Origin: the human T2T-CHM13v2.0 reference genome, Homo sapiens
Length of the DNA: 64,000 nucleotides
Assembly: GCF_009914755.1 (NCBI RefSeq)
Contig: NC_060937.1
Reading direction: 5' to 3' (one strand)
Part shown: in pieces, positions 13,601 to 25,770 of the stretch
How positions within the stretch are numbered: position 1 is the stretch's first letter
Layout of the letters: the number at the start of each line of letters is the position of its first letter
The notes under the pieces: model-generated
Seen by the model: only the letters and a program-made list of their open reading frames with translations
What the model was told of the DNA's origin: nothing
Databases searched by the model: none
Made by a program: the position numbers and the translations under genes

Positions 13601-14764
13601 CTGTTATATTGTCTCTTTGTTCTCATTGGTTTCAAAGAACTTCTTGATTTCTGTGTTAATTTCATTATTTACCTAGGAGTCCTTCAGGAGCAGGTTGTCC
13701 AATTTCCATGTTGTTGTGCGGTGTTAGTGAGTTTATTAATCTTGATTCCTATTGTGCTGTGGTCTGAAAGGCTGTTTGTTATGATTTTTGTTCTTTTGCA
13801 TTTGCTGAGGAGTGATTTACTTCCAATTATGTGATCAATTTTAGAGTAAGTGGCACGTGTCCCTGAGAAAAATGTATATTCTGTTGTTTTGGAGTGGAGA
13901 TTTCTGTAGATATCTATCATGTCCACTTCATCCAGAGCTGAGTTCAAGTCCTGAATGTCTTTGTTAATTTTCTGTCTCAATGTTCTATCTAATATTGACA
14001 ATGGGGTGTAAAATCTCCCAATATTATTGTGTCGGAGTCTAATTCTCTTTGTATGTCTCTAAGAACTTGTTTTTATGAATCGGAGTGCTCCTGTATTAGG
14101 TGCATATATATTTAGGATATTTAGCTCTTCATGTTGAATTTACCCCTTTACTATTTTGTAATATCCTTCTTTTTCAGATCTCTGTTGGTTTAAAGTCTGT
14201 TTTGTCAGAAACCAGTATTGCAACTCCTGCTTTTATTCTGTTTTCCATTTGCTTGGTAAATTTTCCTCTATTCTTTTATTTTGAGTCTGTGTGTTTTTGC
14301 ATGTGAGATGGGTTTCCTGAACACAGCACACAGATGGGTCTTGACTTTTTATCCAGCTTGCCATTCTGTATCTTTATTCTTTTTGAGATGGAGTCTCACT
14401 CTTGTCGCCACCTAGTCTGGAGTACAGTGGCGAGATCTTGGTGCACTGCAACTGCTGCCTCCCGGGTTCCATCAGTTCTCCTGCTTCGGCCTCCTGAGTA
14501 GCTGAGATTACAGGTGCCTGCCACCATGCCTGGCTAATTGGCTAATTTTTCTATTTTTCGTAGAGATGGGGTTTTACCATGTTGGCCAGGCTGGTCTCAA
14601 ACTCCTGACCTCAGGTGATCTGCCCACCTTGGCCTCCCAAAGATCTGGGATTGCAGGCGTGAGCCATAGCACCCAGTCTCCATTCTGTGTCTTTTAATTG
14701 GGGCATTTAGCCCATTTACATTTAAGGTTAATATTGTTATGTGTGAATTTGATTTTATCATCAT
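10640..14764 (-). pseudogene. Disrupted L1 ORF2 (endonuclease/reverse transcriptase)
   Basis: Start reads [29 protein letters not shown] fragment 13684..14001 (YSKIDHIIGSK...SDHS), RT fragment 12394..12738 ([14 protein letters not shown]), C-terminal fragment 10622..11011. Many stops and frameshifts. Confidence 0.92.
14376..14679 (-). mobile_element. AluS (Sx-like) inserted in the L1 ORF2 endonuclease domain
   Basis: Full dimeric Alu. 15-bp TSD ccattctgt(a/g)tcttt at 14361-14375 and 14680-14694. Confidence 0.95.
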
Positions 14765-14829
14765 GATGCTAGCTGGTTATTTTGCAGACTTGTTTATGTG
14801 GCTGCTTCATAGTGTCACTGGTCTGTGTA

Positions 14830-15843
14830 CTTCAGTGTATTTGTGTAGTGACTGGTACATATTTAGTGCGTTCCATATTTAGTGCTTCCATTAGGAGCTC
14901 TTGCAAGGCAGGCCTGGTGGTGACAAATTCCCTCAGTATTTGCTTGTCTGAAAAATATTTTATTTCTCCTTTGCTTATGAGTTTGGCCAGATATAAAATT
15001 CTAGGTTGGAAATTTCTTTTCTTTAAGAATGTTGAATATTGACCCCAATCTCTTCTGGCTTGTTGGGTTTCCACTGAGAGGTCTGCTGTTAGTCTGATGG
15101 GCTTCCCTTTACAGGTGACCTGGGCTTTCTCTCTGGCTGCCGTTAACTTTTTTTCCTTCATTTTGACCCTGGAGAATCTGATGATTATGTGTCTTGGGGT
15201 TGATCTTCTTATGGAGTATCTTATTGGGATTCTCTCAATTTCCTGAATTTGAATGTTGGCCTGTCTTGCTAGGTTGGGGAAGTTCTCCTGAATGATATCC
15301 TGAAGTGTATTTTCCAACTTGGTTCCATTCTCCGGGTCTTTTTCAGGTACTCTTGTCAGTCGTAGGTTCAGTCTTTTAACATAATCCCCCACAGTTCTCA
15401 CAGGTTTTGTTCCCTCCTTTTTATTCTTTTTTTCTCCAATCTTTCCTGCCTGCCTATTTCAGCAAGATAGTCTTCAAGCTCTGATATCTATCCTTTCTTC
15501 CACTTAGCTTATTCGGCTATTGATACTTGTGTTTGCATTATGAAGTTCTTGTGTTTTTCAGCTCCATCAGGTCATTATTGTTTCTCTTTAAACTGGTTAT
15601 TCCAGTTAACAGTTCCTGTAATGTTTTATCATGGTTCTTAGCTTCTTCGCAATGAGTTAGAACATAGTCCTTTAGCTCTGCGAAGTTTGTTATTACCCAT
15701 CTTCTGAAGCCTACTTCTGTCAATTCATCCATCTCAGCCTCAGCTCAGTTCTGTGCCCTTGCTAGAGACATGTTGCGATCATTTGGAGAAGAGACACTCT
15801 GGCTTTTTGAGTTTTCAGCATTTTTGTGTTGATTCTTTCTCAT
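14830..15843 (-). pseudogene. Disrupted L1 ORF1
   Basis: ATG at 15843 (MRKNQHKNAENSKSQ). Fragments 15538..15732 and 14832..15401 (LENTLQDIIQENFPNLARQANIQIQEI...TPRHIIIRF). Confidence 0.92.
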
Positions 15844-17247
15844 ATTCGTGGGTTTATCTACCTTTGATCTTTGAGGCTGCTAACCTTTGGATGGGGTTTC
15901 TGTGGAGTCTTTTTCATTGATGTTGTTGTTGCTGATTCTTTCTGTTTTTCTTTTAGCGGTCAGGCGCCTCCTCCATAGGTCTGCTGCAGTTTGCTGGGGG
16001 TCCATTCCAAACCCTATTCACCTGGTTCCCTCCGGCCTCTGGAAGTATCACCAGTAGAGGCTGCAGACCAGCAAAAATGGCAGCCTGCTCCTTTCCAGGG
16101 GCACCAACCTTATGCCGGCAGGAACACTCCAGTATGAGGTGTCTGGAGAGTCCTGTTGGAAGGTCTCATCCATTTAGGAGGAGCAGGCAAAGGGACCTGC
16201 TTAAATAAGCAGTCTGACTGCCCCTTGGCAGAACGGGTGTGTTGCACCCTCGTCCTAGCTGCCCTGACTCTCCAGAGGCGACAGACAGAAAAGGCTGACT
16301 GCTCATCCACCATACCGCAGCCACCCCTCCTCCCAGGGACTCCTCTCTGATCGGGGATATGAGAGTTCTGTCCATAAACCTCTGCCTAGGGATGCTGACA
16401 TTCCCACAGAGAGTCCCCGCCTGATGAAGCGGGGCGGATCATCAAGGTCCTGCTTAAAGAAGCAGTCTGGCCTGGAACTGGCCCAGCGGGCAGCTGTGCT
16501 GCACTGTGGGGAATTGTGGAGAAAAAAAGAATAAAAAGGAGGGAACAAAACCTGTGAGAACTGTGGGGGATTATGTTATGCGGACTGGAGCCGCAGTGAC
16601 GGTGGCCTTCTTTCCCCGCCCCGGAACATGGTCTTTTTAGGAAGTCTGCAGCCTGCTGCGGTGGCCACTGGGGATTCCAGGCAAGTGGGTTTTAGCGTGT
16701 GGGGACCCATGGGAGCACGGCCGCTTGGCTCCCTGGCTTCAGTACTTTTCCCACGGAAGTGGACGGATCTCCTGCCTCACGGGAGTTCCCAGAGCGCAGG
16801 ATGCAGATACTCCTGTGTTTCAGTGCCTGCTCCAATGGCTGCCCACCCCAGCAGCTGCTGTGTGTCTTCACAGCTCTGTGCTTGAGACCCAAGGCCCTGG
16901 TGGCCTGCGCTTATGTGGGGACCTCCTGATCAGCAGGTTGCAATGATCCGTGGAAAAAGCGCCATTTTCGTGGTGGAGGGGGAAGGGTAGGGACTGGGGT
17001 AGCAAAATCCCTCATGGCCTCCCTTGGCTGGGGGAGAAAGCTCCCTTTGCCCCATGCATCTCCCTGGTGGGCCCTCACCCCACCCTGCTTCTCCTCCTCT
17101 GCCTCAGTCATGCCAACTGCCTCATTAGTCCCAATGAGAGAACCTTGGTACCTCAGTTGAACAGGCAGAATTCACAGGGCGTTTTTGTCCTTCTTGGTGG
17201 GAGCCCTAGAGTGGGGCCGTTTGCAGTTCAGCCATCTTGGCTCGCCC
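15844..17247 (-). promoter_or_regulatory. L1 5'UTR internal promoter with YY1-type site (AAGATGGC on the minus strand, 17231-17238)
   Basis: GC-rich and retains CpGs. The YY1 core sits at the L1 5' end as in known L1 promoters. Activity cannot be shown from sequence. Confidence 0.6.
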
Positions 17248-17303
17248 TGAAATATTTTTTCATACTCCCTTTCTATCAAAATGGTGATAATTTTTATGAC
17301 ATC

Positions 17304-17692
17304 TGCTATGGTTTGAATGTTTGTGACCCTCCAAAATTCTGGTTGAAATTTAATCCCTGTTGTGATGATATGATGAGGTGAAGGCTTTGGGAACTTAAGT
17401 CATGAAGGCCTCACACTCATGAATATGATAAATGGCTTATAAAGGAGGTTTCAGAGAGCTGCCTGCCCCTTTGTCCCTTCCACCATGTAAGGACAGAGCA
17501 TTCTTCACCACTGGACGATTCAGCAGTGAGGCTCCATCTTGGAAGCAGCCAACCAGCCCTTACCAAATAACTAATCTGCCAGTGTTTTGATTTTGGACTT
17601 CCCAGCCTCCAGAATTATGAGAAACAAGTTTCCATGGTTTATAAATCATCCAGTCTAAAGGACTTGGTTATAGCAGCAGGACCTGGCTAAGA
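17304..17692 (+). mobile_element. MaLR solo LTR (MST/MLT1A-like)
   Basis: Starts 'tgctatggtttgaatgtttgtgaccctccaaaattc'. Ends 'ttggacttcccagcctccagaattatgagaaa...gttatagcagca...ctaaga'. Confidence 0.88.
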
Positions 17693-18006
17693 GCATCTAA
17701 AATATTAGGGTGTCTCGGCAAAAAAAAAAGGGATGCAAACACTATGGTGTTCATTTTATATATTTTGCCCACAAATTCCAGAGTTTTCTACCGTTAAACT
17801 TACCTTCAGTGAGTAATGATTTTTAAATGTAAATTAAATTGAGCATGGAAAGTACAGAACATGGAAGGACATTTTATCTTTATTATATCTAATTGTTGCA
17901 TTCCCTGATTTTATCTGTGATGCAGAGTATTTTTTACAATTTGTAGTCCATGAGTAGATGCTTTCTCTGAAAGCTTAACCTTTTCCAAATTGTATGTGAT
18001 ATACCC

Positions 18007-18432
18007 TGTGCATTAGTTTTCTAGGGCTGCTATAATGAAAATTTATCCTTTCACAAGTTTGGGGACCAAATATCTGTAATCAAGTTGTTGGCAAGGCCAC
18101 ACTCTCTCTGAAGGCTCTGGTAGAGAATCCTCCCTTGCCTCTTCCAGCTTTGGGGGCTCCTAGCAATCTTTGACTTACGGAAGCACAGCTGAAATCCCTG
18201 CTTCTGTCCTCACATGATTTTTCTCACTGTATCTCTGTGCATTTGAATCTCTCTTTCTTTCTCTTATAAAAACATCAGTCAGTTGATTTAGAACCAATGC
18301 TAGATCCAGAATGATTTCATCCCAAATCCTAAACTAGTAAGATCTGCAAATAATTTATCCCCAAATAAGGTCATATTCTGAGGATCTGGGTGGACACAGA
18401 TTTGGGAGAGACGCAATTCAACTCATTAGACA
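18007..18432 (-). mobile_element. MLT1 (B/C-like) solo LTR
   Basis: Reads 'tgtgcattagttttctagggctgc...ggagaatcctcccttgcctcttccagctt'-like sequence and 'ccaaataaggtcatattctgagg...ca'. Confidence 0.85.
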
Positions 18433-18654
18433 CGGGAAACAAAAGAAAAAACGCATCACCTCAGAGTTGACGTTTATAAGATGTGCTTGTTTCTGTTTTT
18501 GTTTATTCCGAGCACCAAAGACTTTAAAGTCACACTCTTTGCATCTAATTTGCATCCCTCACTATGGTTCCAGATAGGGTTCATTCATTGTAACTTTCTG
18601 AGAATGATGGAACATTTTGTTAAGAATACACGAATCTAAACAGTTGGAGGGGTA

Positions 18655-19620
18655 GTATATACACATACACACACACACATATATACACATACATATGTAC
18701 ACATATATACACACGCGCGCGCACACACACACATATACACACATACATATGTACACATATATACACGCGCGCACACACACACACATATACACATACATAT
18801 GTACACATATATACACACGCGCGCACACACACACATACACACATACATATGTACACATATATACACACGCGCGCACACACACACATATACACATACATAT
18901 GTACACATATATACACACGCGCGCGCGCACACACACATATACACACATACATATGTACACATATATACACACGCGCGTGCACACACACATATACACATAC
19001 ATATGTACACATATATACACACGCGCGCGCACACACACACATATATACACATACATATGTACACATATATACACACGCGCGCGCACACACACATACACAC
19101 ATACATATGTACACATATATACACACGCGCGTGCGCACACACATATATACACATACATATGTACACATATATACACACGCGCGCACACACACACACATAT
19201 ACACATACATATGTACACATACATACACGCGCGCGCACACACACATATATACACATACATATGTACACATACATACACGCGCGCACACACACACACATAT
19301 ACACATACATATGTACACATATATACACACGCGCGCACACACACATATACACATACATATGTACACATATATACACACGCGCGCACACACACATACACAT
19401 ACATATGTACACATATATACACACGCGTGCGCACACACACACATATATACACATACATATGTACACATATACACACGTGCGCACACACACACATATACAC
19501 ATACATATGTACACATATATACACACGCGCGCGCACACACACACACATATATACACATACATATGTACACATATATACACACGCGCGTGCACACACACAC
19601 ACACATACATATATATATAC
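18655..19620. repeat. Minisatellite, about 18 units of about 50 bp, perfect purine/pyrimidine alternation
   Basis: Unit is approximately acacatacatatgtacacatatatacacac(gc)n(ac)n(at)n. I counted 18 'atgtac' cores and found no break in RY alternation over 966 bp. Confidence 0.97.
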
Positions 19621-20031
19621 TGTTTTCTACCAAACCCAAGTGCAAAGCTGATGGGTTCTGAATTGTAGTACTGATTTCAAGGCTCTCATCACTAAGATCA
19701 TGATGGTAATCCTTTATCAAAGTGGCTCAGGGAGGAGTGTCTGTTCTGATTCAGTCCAGATGTTCTTCTGAATTCCAAGCAGTTTTAATTTAATGTATTC
19801 TCATGTAGGATTTTCACTTCTTCCTTTAGGGACATGCATGCTAAAGCAATGCATATGTTTCTAGCACACATCAGTCAGTGGACATTAATAACATTCAGAT
19901 GTTCCAAGCCCCACAACTCTTATCTGCATAACTAATGGGCTTCAGCACCCTTGTCCACATTACCCTCCCCCTTTGGGGTGCTCCAGAATTCTCTCTTGTG
20001 TGTTTACAAATCAGTGCTGACTGCATTTGTC

Positions 20032-20142
20032 CTGCCACCACTGGTCTACTCTGAGACCCCACCTAGGCTGCCCCCACTGGTGTACTCTGAGACCCCACCG
20101 AGGCTGCCCCCACTGGTCTACTCTGAGACCCCACCGAGGCTG
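20032..20142. repeat. 36-bp tandem repeat, about 3.1 copies
   Basis: ctgcccccactggtctactctgagaccccaccgagg starting at 20032, 20068 and 20104, with few substitutions. Confidence 0.95.
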
Positions 20143-21884
20143 GCAGCACTGCCTGGCCATTCCACTGCTTATGACACTGCACTCCACACAACACTGATTG
20201 AATGCTGCACTCCATGCAACACTCCACTCCACACGATCAACTTCTCTTCGCAAGGTGTCGTGCAGTGCTACCACCACTGATTGTTCCTGTAGGGATACAG
20301 ACAATTTCTCAAGCATTTACAGAGAACTCCAACTCCATATGGAGTGATCATCTCAATCTAGTTAAAAAAAAATCACTTTCAAAATGCTGATTCAATTTCT
20401 CTATAAGCCTTCTCTCTCTCTGTCTCTTTTTCATATACATATAAGCATTTACATGTGTATTTGTGCATGTGTCTGTATTGCTTTCAGAATACAAATAGAG
20501 TATAATGTCCTATTTTCTATGTTGCTTAGAGTTAGATTTCTTTAAAAGAAAAAGACTAAATTAAAATCTAAATCTCATCATCCTGATCTCTCTCAATGAT
20601 TTGGCCAATATCTATAAATTTCCACTCATCAATAAAATCCATAATAATTTCAAACTTAATTAAAATACAGGATAATTTCAATATTAGGTACCAAGGGTTT
20701 GAAATAAGATAATAATCAATCATAGTCTTTTAACTTTTAATTCAATACAAATAAATAAATGGGCTTCAGGGCCATATCAGAGACTGTGGATTCTCCCTGC
20801 TGTGGAAGGCTTTTACTAATATAGCTAATTCATTTGACCCGTAAATTGATTTTAGGATTGAAAGGGCAGGTGTTCTTTTGAGAGAAGTCTCTCCTCAGTC
20901 AAATTTAATGTCAGTTGAGTCAACCTAGTTTTAATTTCATGCTACATTATACATCCCTCAGGATTCATTGTTCCTTTTTAAAATAAGGTTGTATATGATT
21001 GATTATTTAAATTATCAGTAAAGGGAGTACTTCCATTTCTGTGCTGATATACAAATTATTTAAAACTGTTTCATAAACCTTTTTTGTGAATCTTAATTCT
21101 TTTTGTCTTTCCAAACACTCACAAAGGATAGTCAAAATGTGTTCTCAGTTGCAGGAAAACTGGTGCCAAGTTATTCAACTATAAAAATATTTTTCTACTT
21201 CTGTTGTTTTTCCTGGCTATACTATTAAGAATTATCCTAGTTCTTAAAGCACATGTCTCATAAAGCAAGTGGACCTAATTAGTCAGTTAAAGGTTAGAAT
21301 ATTGGGTGGGTGGCCTTGGAGGGCATATTTTAAACAAGTTTTTCAACCCAATTTCCTTTGCTTTTCCTTTAAAAATAAATTTAAACTTAAAATGAAAAAT
21401 ATGACAGCTTTTATTTACTATGGAAAGTTTTATAGTGACTGTTCATTGTACTTGTTTTTTTTTTCCTTCCAGATGCCCTGAAAAAGGATATATTATTATT
21501 TTAATTTATTTTTTAAAAATACCCATTTATACAAATATTCCAGAGTCCATAGCTTCATACATGGCTATCTTGTGGTTTCAGGGTAGTTAATCATGAGTAA
21601 GATATTTTTCATTAATCCTATAAGGATTTATCAAATGGGTACTATGTGGGGAAAAAATTAGTCTTTTAAATTGTGTTTCTCTATCTTTAGCAAAACTAGA
21701 AAATTTAGCACGTTCAGAGAAGGCAGCCCTTGATTAAGTCTTTGGGGATACAAAGGGCATCCATATGGCTGTTGAAAGTAGGACATTTAGGGTAGAAGAA
21801 AAAGAAAATAAGATATGTGAAGTTGCAGATGTGAAAATGTACAGTTCATGTTTGAAAAATAACTAGTGGTGTAGGTACCCTTAT

Positions 21885-22558
21885 TAGTTTTTAACAATAA
21901 AATTTAAAAGCCAAACAGAAAAAATAAAAAGTAAAAAATAGAATAAAGCTTATAGAATGGGATGTAAAGAAAACATTTTTGTGCAGCTGTACAATGTGTG
22001 CATGTTTAAAGCTACATGTTATTACAAAAGAGTCAAAAGCTAAAAAAGTTTTTAAAGCAAAAATGTTACAGTAAGCTAGTTAATTTATTATTTAAGAAAG
22101 AAAATTTAAAAAATAATGTGTAGTCTAAGTATACGGTGTTTATAGCATCTACAATAGTGTACAATAATGTCCTAGGCCTTCACATTCTCTCACCACTCAC
22201 TGATTCATCCAGAGCAACTTCCAGGCTCACAAACTATTTTCATGGTATGCACCTTATACAGATGTATCACTTTTTTTTATTCCTTTGACTGTATTTTAAC
22301 TTTACCTTTTCTATATTTATATATGCTTGATACACAAATACTCATCACTGTCTTATAATTACCTGCAATATTCAGTACAGTAACATGCTGTACAGGTTTG
22401 TAGCCTAGAAGCAATAAGCTATATCAATGCCCTAAGTGTGTAGTAGGCTATCCCATCTAGGTTTGTGTGAGTCTACTCCACGATGTTCACATAAGAATGA
22501 AATTGCCTAAAGATGTATTTCTCAGGACATATCCTTATCCTTAAGTGACTCATGACTA
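21885..22558 (+). mobile_element. Tigger3b/MER7-type Tc1-mariner DNA transposon, 5'-truncated
   Basis: Contains 'gtcctaggccttcacattctctcaccactcactga' and 'acagtaacatgctgtacaggtttgtagcctag'. Decayed TIR 'ccttaagtgactcatgact' is followed by TA. Confidence 0.88.
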
Positions 22559-25500
22559 TATATATTATGGTCCTGCCCATAAAATATATTCTTCAAATTT
22601 CCTTCTTCGCCTTGATGTTTTTGTACAACCTTGCCCCACCACTTTCAAAACATTAGATACACATCCATGTTTTTAAACCGCCATTTATACACTTATAAGA
22701 ATAAAATGTATTGTATGGACATTGCAAACTTGCTCTAGACCTCATTTCCCAAAACCTCTAATCCAATCTGTCACACTCAACATTTCCTAATGCAAACTTA
22801 CTCTCCTGTTCAACTCTCCAGCTTTGCTGTTTTCCTAGAGCACTGAGTGGCACAAGATCCGCTATTGTGAGTGACCTGCTACCTTTTGCCACTGCCCTGG
22901 CTCCAGACACCTGTAAATGATTGCAGTTCCTTTATAAGTGAACTGTTTATTTCTAGTTCCTGTTCTTTAATCCTCTAATCTACTGTATCAAGACTTAAGT
23001 TCCAAATATATATGTGTTTATGACACTGTCATATTCAAATCCTCTGATTGCTACTCATTCTGTTCAGAATTAGTTCCAAACACTGAAATACATTTCAATG
23101 GCCCTGATTTTTCAGAGCCTTCTCTAACACCGAAGAATGAACTCTTAGCCCAAGAAATTTTGTCTTCTAGAATGTTTAAATTGTACCCTTGAGTTTCTAT
23201 ATAGTATGACTTCCTTTATGAATTTGATAAGTAATCAATAAAATGTATACCAAGCGATTCCAAGGCACTGGGGATTGAATCTTGTGGGTGAGTGGGGTGA
23301 ATACAAAGAGAATGAAGGACAGTTTTAAGAACCGTAAAACCCACCCCCTCCCCCACTAAGGTGTGGAGAAGGCTGACCTTCTTTTATATTTGTTATTTAA
23401 GTGCTCCCTATTTGTAGGGACTCAAATGCATCTGTTGCAAAAGGGGAATAAATACTTAACTACCTGTGCTGAAAATAGGCTTTGACTGAAACTTTACTCA
23501 CCAGTTAGAACTATTTCTTTTATTAGAGTAATTTGTACATTTGTCTCCATCCTTAAGTTACAAATTTTCAGAAGACGGGTTTACCAGTTCATTAGTTTCA
23601 TTGTTTCATCCTCTACACATTTCATATATTAATTGTTTAATGGTCCTTTAATTGTGTTATTCAGTCCTTTAAATGCATTAGTCAAGGAGGGAAATCTGAA
23701 GGTACCATTGCATTTTAAGCCAATTTATAGCGTTCTGTAATTGGAAGGAGTTTCACAGTATTCATCTCTGGACAGCAAGAACCACGTGAGACTTCAACTA
23801 GAGTAATTTTCACTGGGATTTTGACAGAGTCAAACATTTATTTTTCTCATAGTTCAATTTTATATTTCCATTATCGATTTATATAGTTTTAATTTTAGAA
23901 CTTTTAGGATATTTTTAGGATTTTTTGGAATTTTAGGACTAGTTTTCATTGTGGGTCAGCAGCATATATCTTAGAACATGAAGAGCCTTTATATAAAAAG
24001 AACGGTGACATTAGTAGAGTATTCCTTCAGTTATGAATAAATCTACTCCATTGCATATTTCACCATAGAGTTTTCAATATTATGTAAAATTTGATACTTG
24101 TGACTCATAAGGTTCATATATCATCTTGATGACTTTAATAAATATTGTAATAATCATTTTTTACTGCTCTGCTATAGAACATCTCTGCTTCCAAAGTCCT
24201 ATTAAATATTAAAGAGAATGGCAACCACAAGGTAGAAACGAGGTTACTAGAATGTAAAATTTAATTTAAAACTTTTAGAGATACCTGTTGCTTACCTTAG
24301 CAAAATGCTATTTCTTAACATGGAAGCAAGCTCCTGGGACTGACAAATAATTCTTTTAAATTAACATCTTGATGGCTAAAGTAAAAATGAATGAGGCTGG
24401 TATTAACTTTTCAATTGGAGTGCACGCAGTTTCTAAAATTACCTGTAAGTGCATTGGCAAAGGATTTTGGAGTTGGCTGTGTTCTGTACATCTGAAAAGA
24501 GGGGACTGTCTACTACAAATCCCAAATGCAGTGGGTTTGACCAAAATTACATTTGGCTTATCATTTATTCTCCACCTGTGGTTTAGGGAAATAGAAAGAT
24601 TTCATCAGTGTCACCAGATAAGCTATGAGTTCGGGTAGGTGATAGGATATCTGGAAACAGAAAATTAATCAGGCCTGTCTTTGTCCCAGCTACAGTTGAA
24701 AGTTGGTGATTGCTTGTTGATGTTTAATGCACCTAAGACTCAATCAACATGAACGTGTCGCATATTTGTTGTTTTTGTGATTGTGATTGTTATTGACTCT
24801 GACCCCAAATATTATATTAAAAATAGCCTTTCTCTTTTCATACTCAATCCAATTCAAAATGAATTGAAATACAAAATTTAATTAAAATACAACTTCCCCT
24901 TAAATGATCACATTGTAAACAGCTTTAAATTACTTTTAATCTTTTACATATTTTGGGGAATGGATATCATATTTGCAAAATGTATTTATTTTTCATCCAT
25001 AGAAGTGTAAGAAATTGGAATTTTTCCTTGCAAGAAAACACTAGGCTTTTTTGAGAATATGTTCCATTTGTTTACTTGAAAGTGAGTTACCTGAATCTTA
25101 ATAAAACAAAATAAAGCACCAAACACTGTGACATTACTTAAAGCTAATGCAATGGCATTTGGAACTATGTTCTTCATTCTGAATGGAAACAAGGTTGATC
25201 ACAGTTCTCACAGACAATTTATTAAAATTAGGAAATTGTCAGGAAGACTCCAACAGAGGCATGACATTTACTTTTTAAAGTTGTCCTCAGCTTAACAATA
25301 GATATTTGGTTAACTTTTTATTCTCTTCTTGGGCTCAGCTGGAAGAAATGTTTGCCACAAAAGAAGCCTGATTTTATGCATGTTTGACTTAATTCAGAGG
25401 GATTTATGAATACCACAGTAGCCTGTTTGGTTTGGCTGTGAATAATGTGAGGCATATAGCTTTTATTTCTTTCAAGCAGAAATATCTGATGTCTTCTTGG

Positions 25501-25746
25501 TAACCCTCTTTAGTGAAACAGACAACTTTTTAAAATACTAGAGTCCAAACATCAAACATTCTTATTTGTTCATTGTTTCACACACTTTCTGAAATATGTG
25601 AGAAAATATGACTTTTACAAAAGCAAGAGCCTAAATGTATAAAATAAATGTAGCTAAGTCAAAAATATGGTGCCAACTCAGACTTAATATTTTATTTTAC
25701 AGAATAACTAAAAGGAAACAGATGTAGAAATAACTCTGTTAGAGTA

Positions 25747-25770
25747 ACACACACACACACACACACACAC
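25747..25770. repeat. (AC)12 microsatellite
   Basis: Read directly. Confidence 0.92.

Larger units (their letters stand above)
10405..17247 (-). mobile_element. Near full-length L1PA (approx. L1PA8-L1PA10-like), inactive, interrupted by an Alu
   Basis: PolyT at about 10405-10430, then 3'UTR, ORF2 and ORF1 fragments in the ORF track and a GC-rich 5'UTR. The 5' terminus reads 'gggcgagccaagatggctgaa' on the minus strand, like the L1 start. Confidence 0.97.

Noticed and set aside
10405-17247. Active L1 or a novel reverse-transcriptase system
   Set aside because: It is an ordinary L1PA. ORF1 and ORF2 are fragmented by stops and frameshifts, and an Alu sits in the EN domain.
18655-19620. CRISPR-like layout (constant core plus variable intervening sequence)
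   Set aside because: The intervening segments are slippage variants of the same (CG)n(CA)n block, not unique spacers. The context is primate DNA with no cas genes.
18562-19720. Six overlapping 270-366 aa ORFs (Cys/Val/Tyr-rich or His/Thr-rich)
   Set aside because: Stop codons cannot occur in a pure RY-alternating tract, so all frames are open by construction. There is no coding evidence.
19951-20316. 36-bp repeat as a CRISPR repeat, or the PPLVYSETPPRL repeat protein
   Set aside because: The units are head-to-tail with no spacers. The ORF starts at TTG, and its peptide repeat only reflects a unit length divisible by 3.
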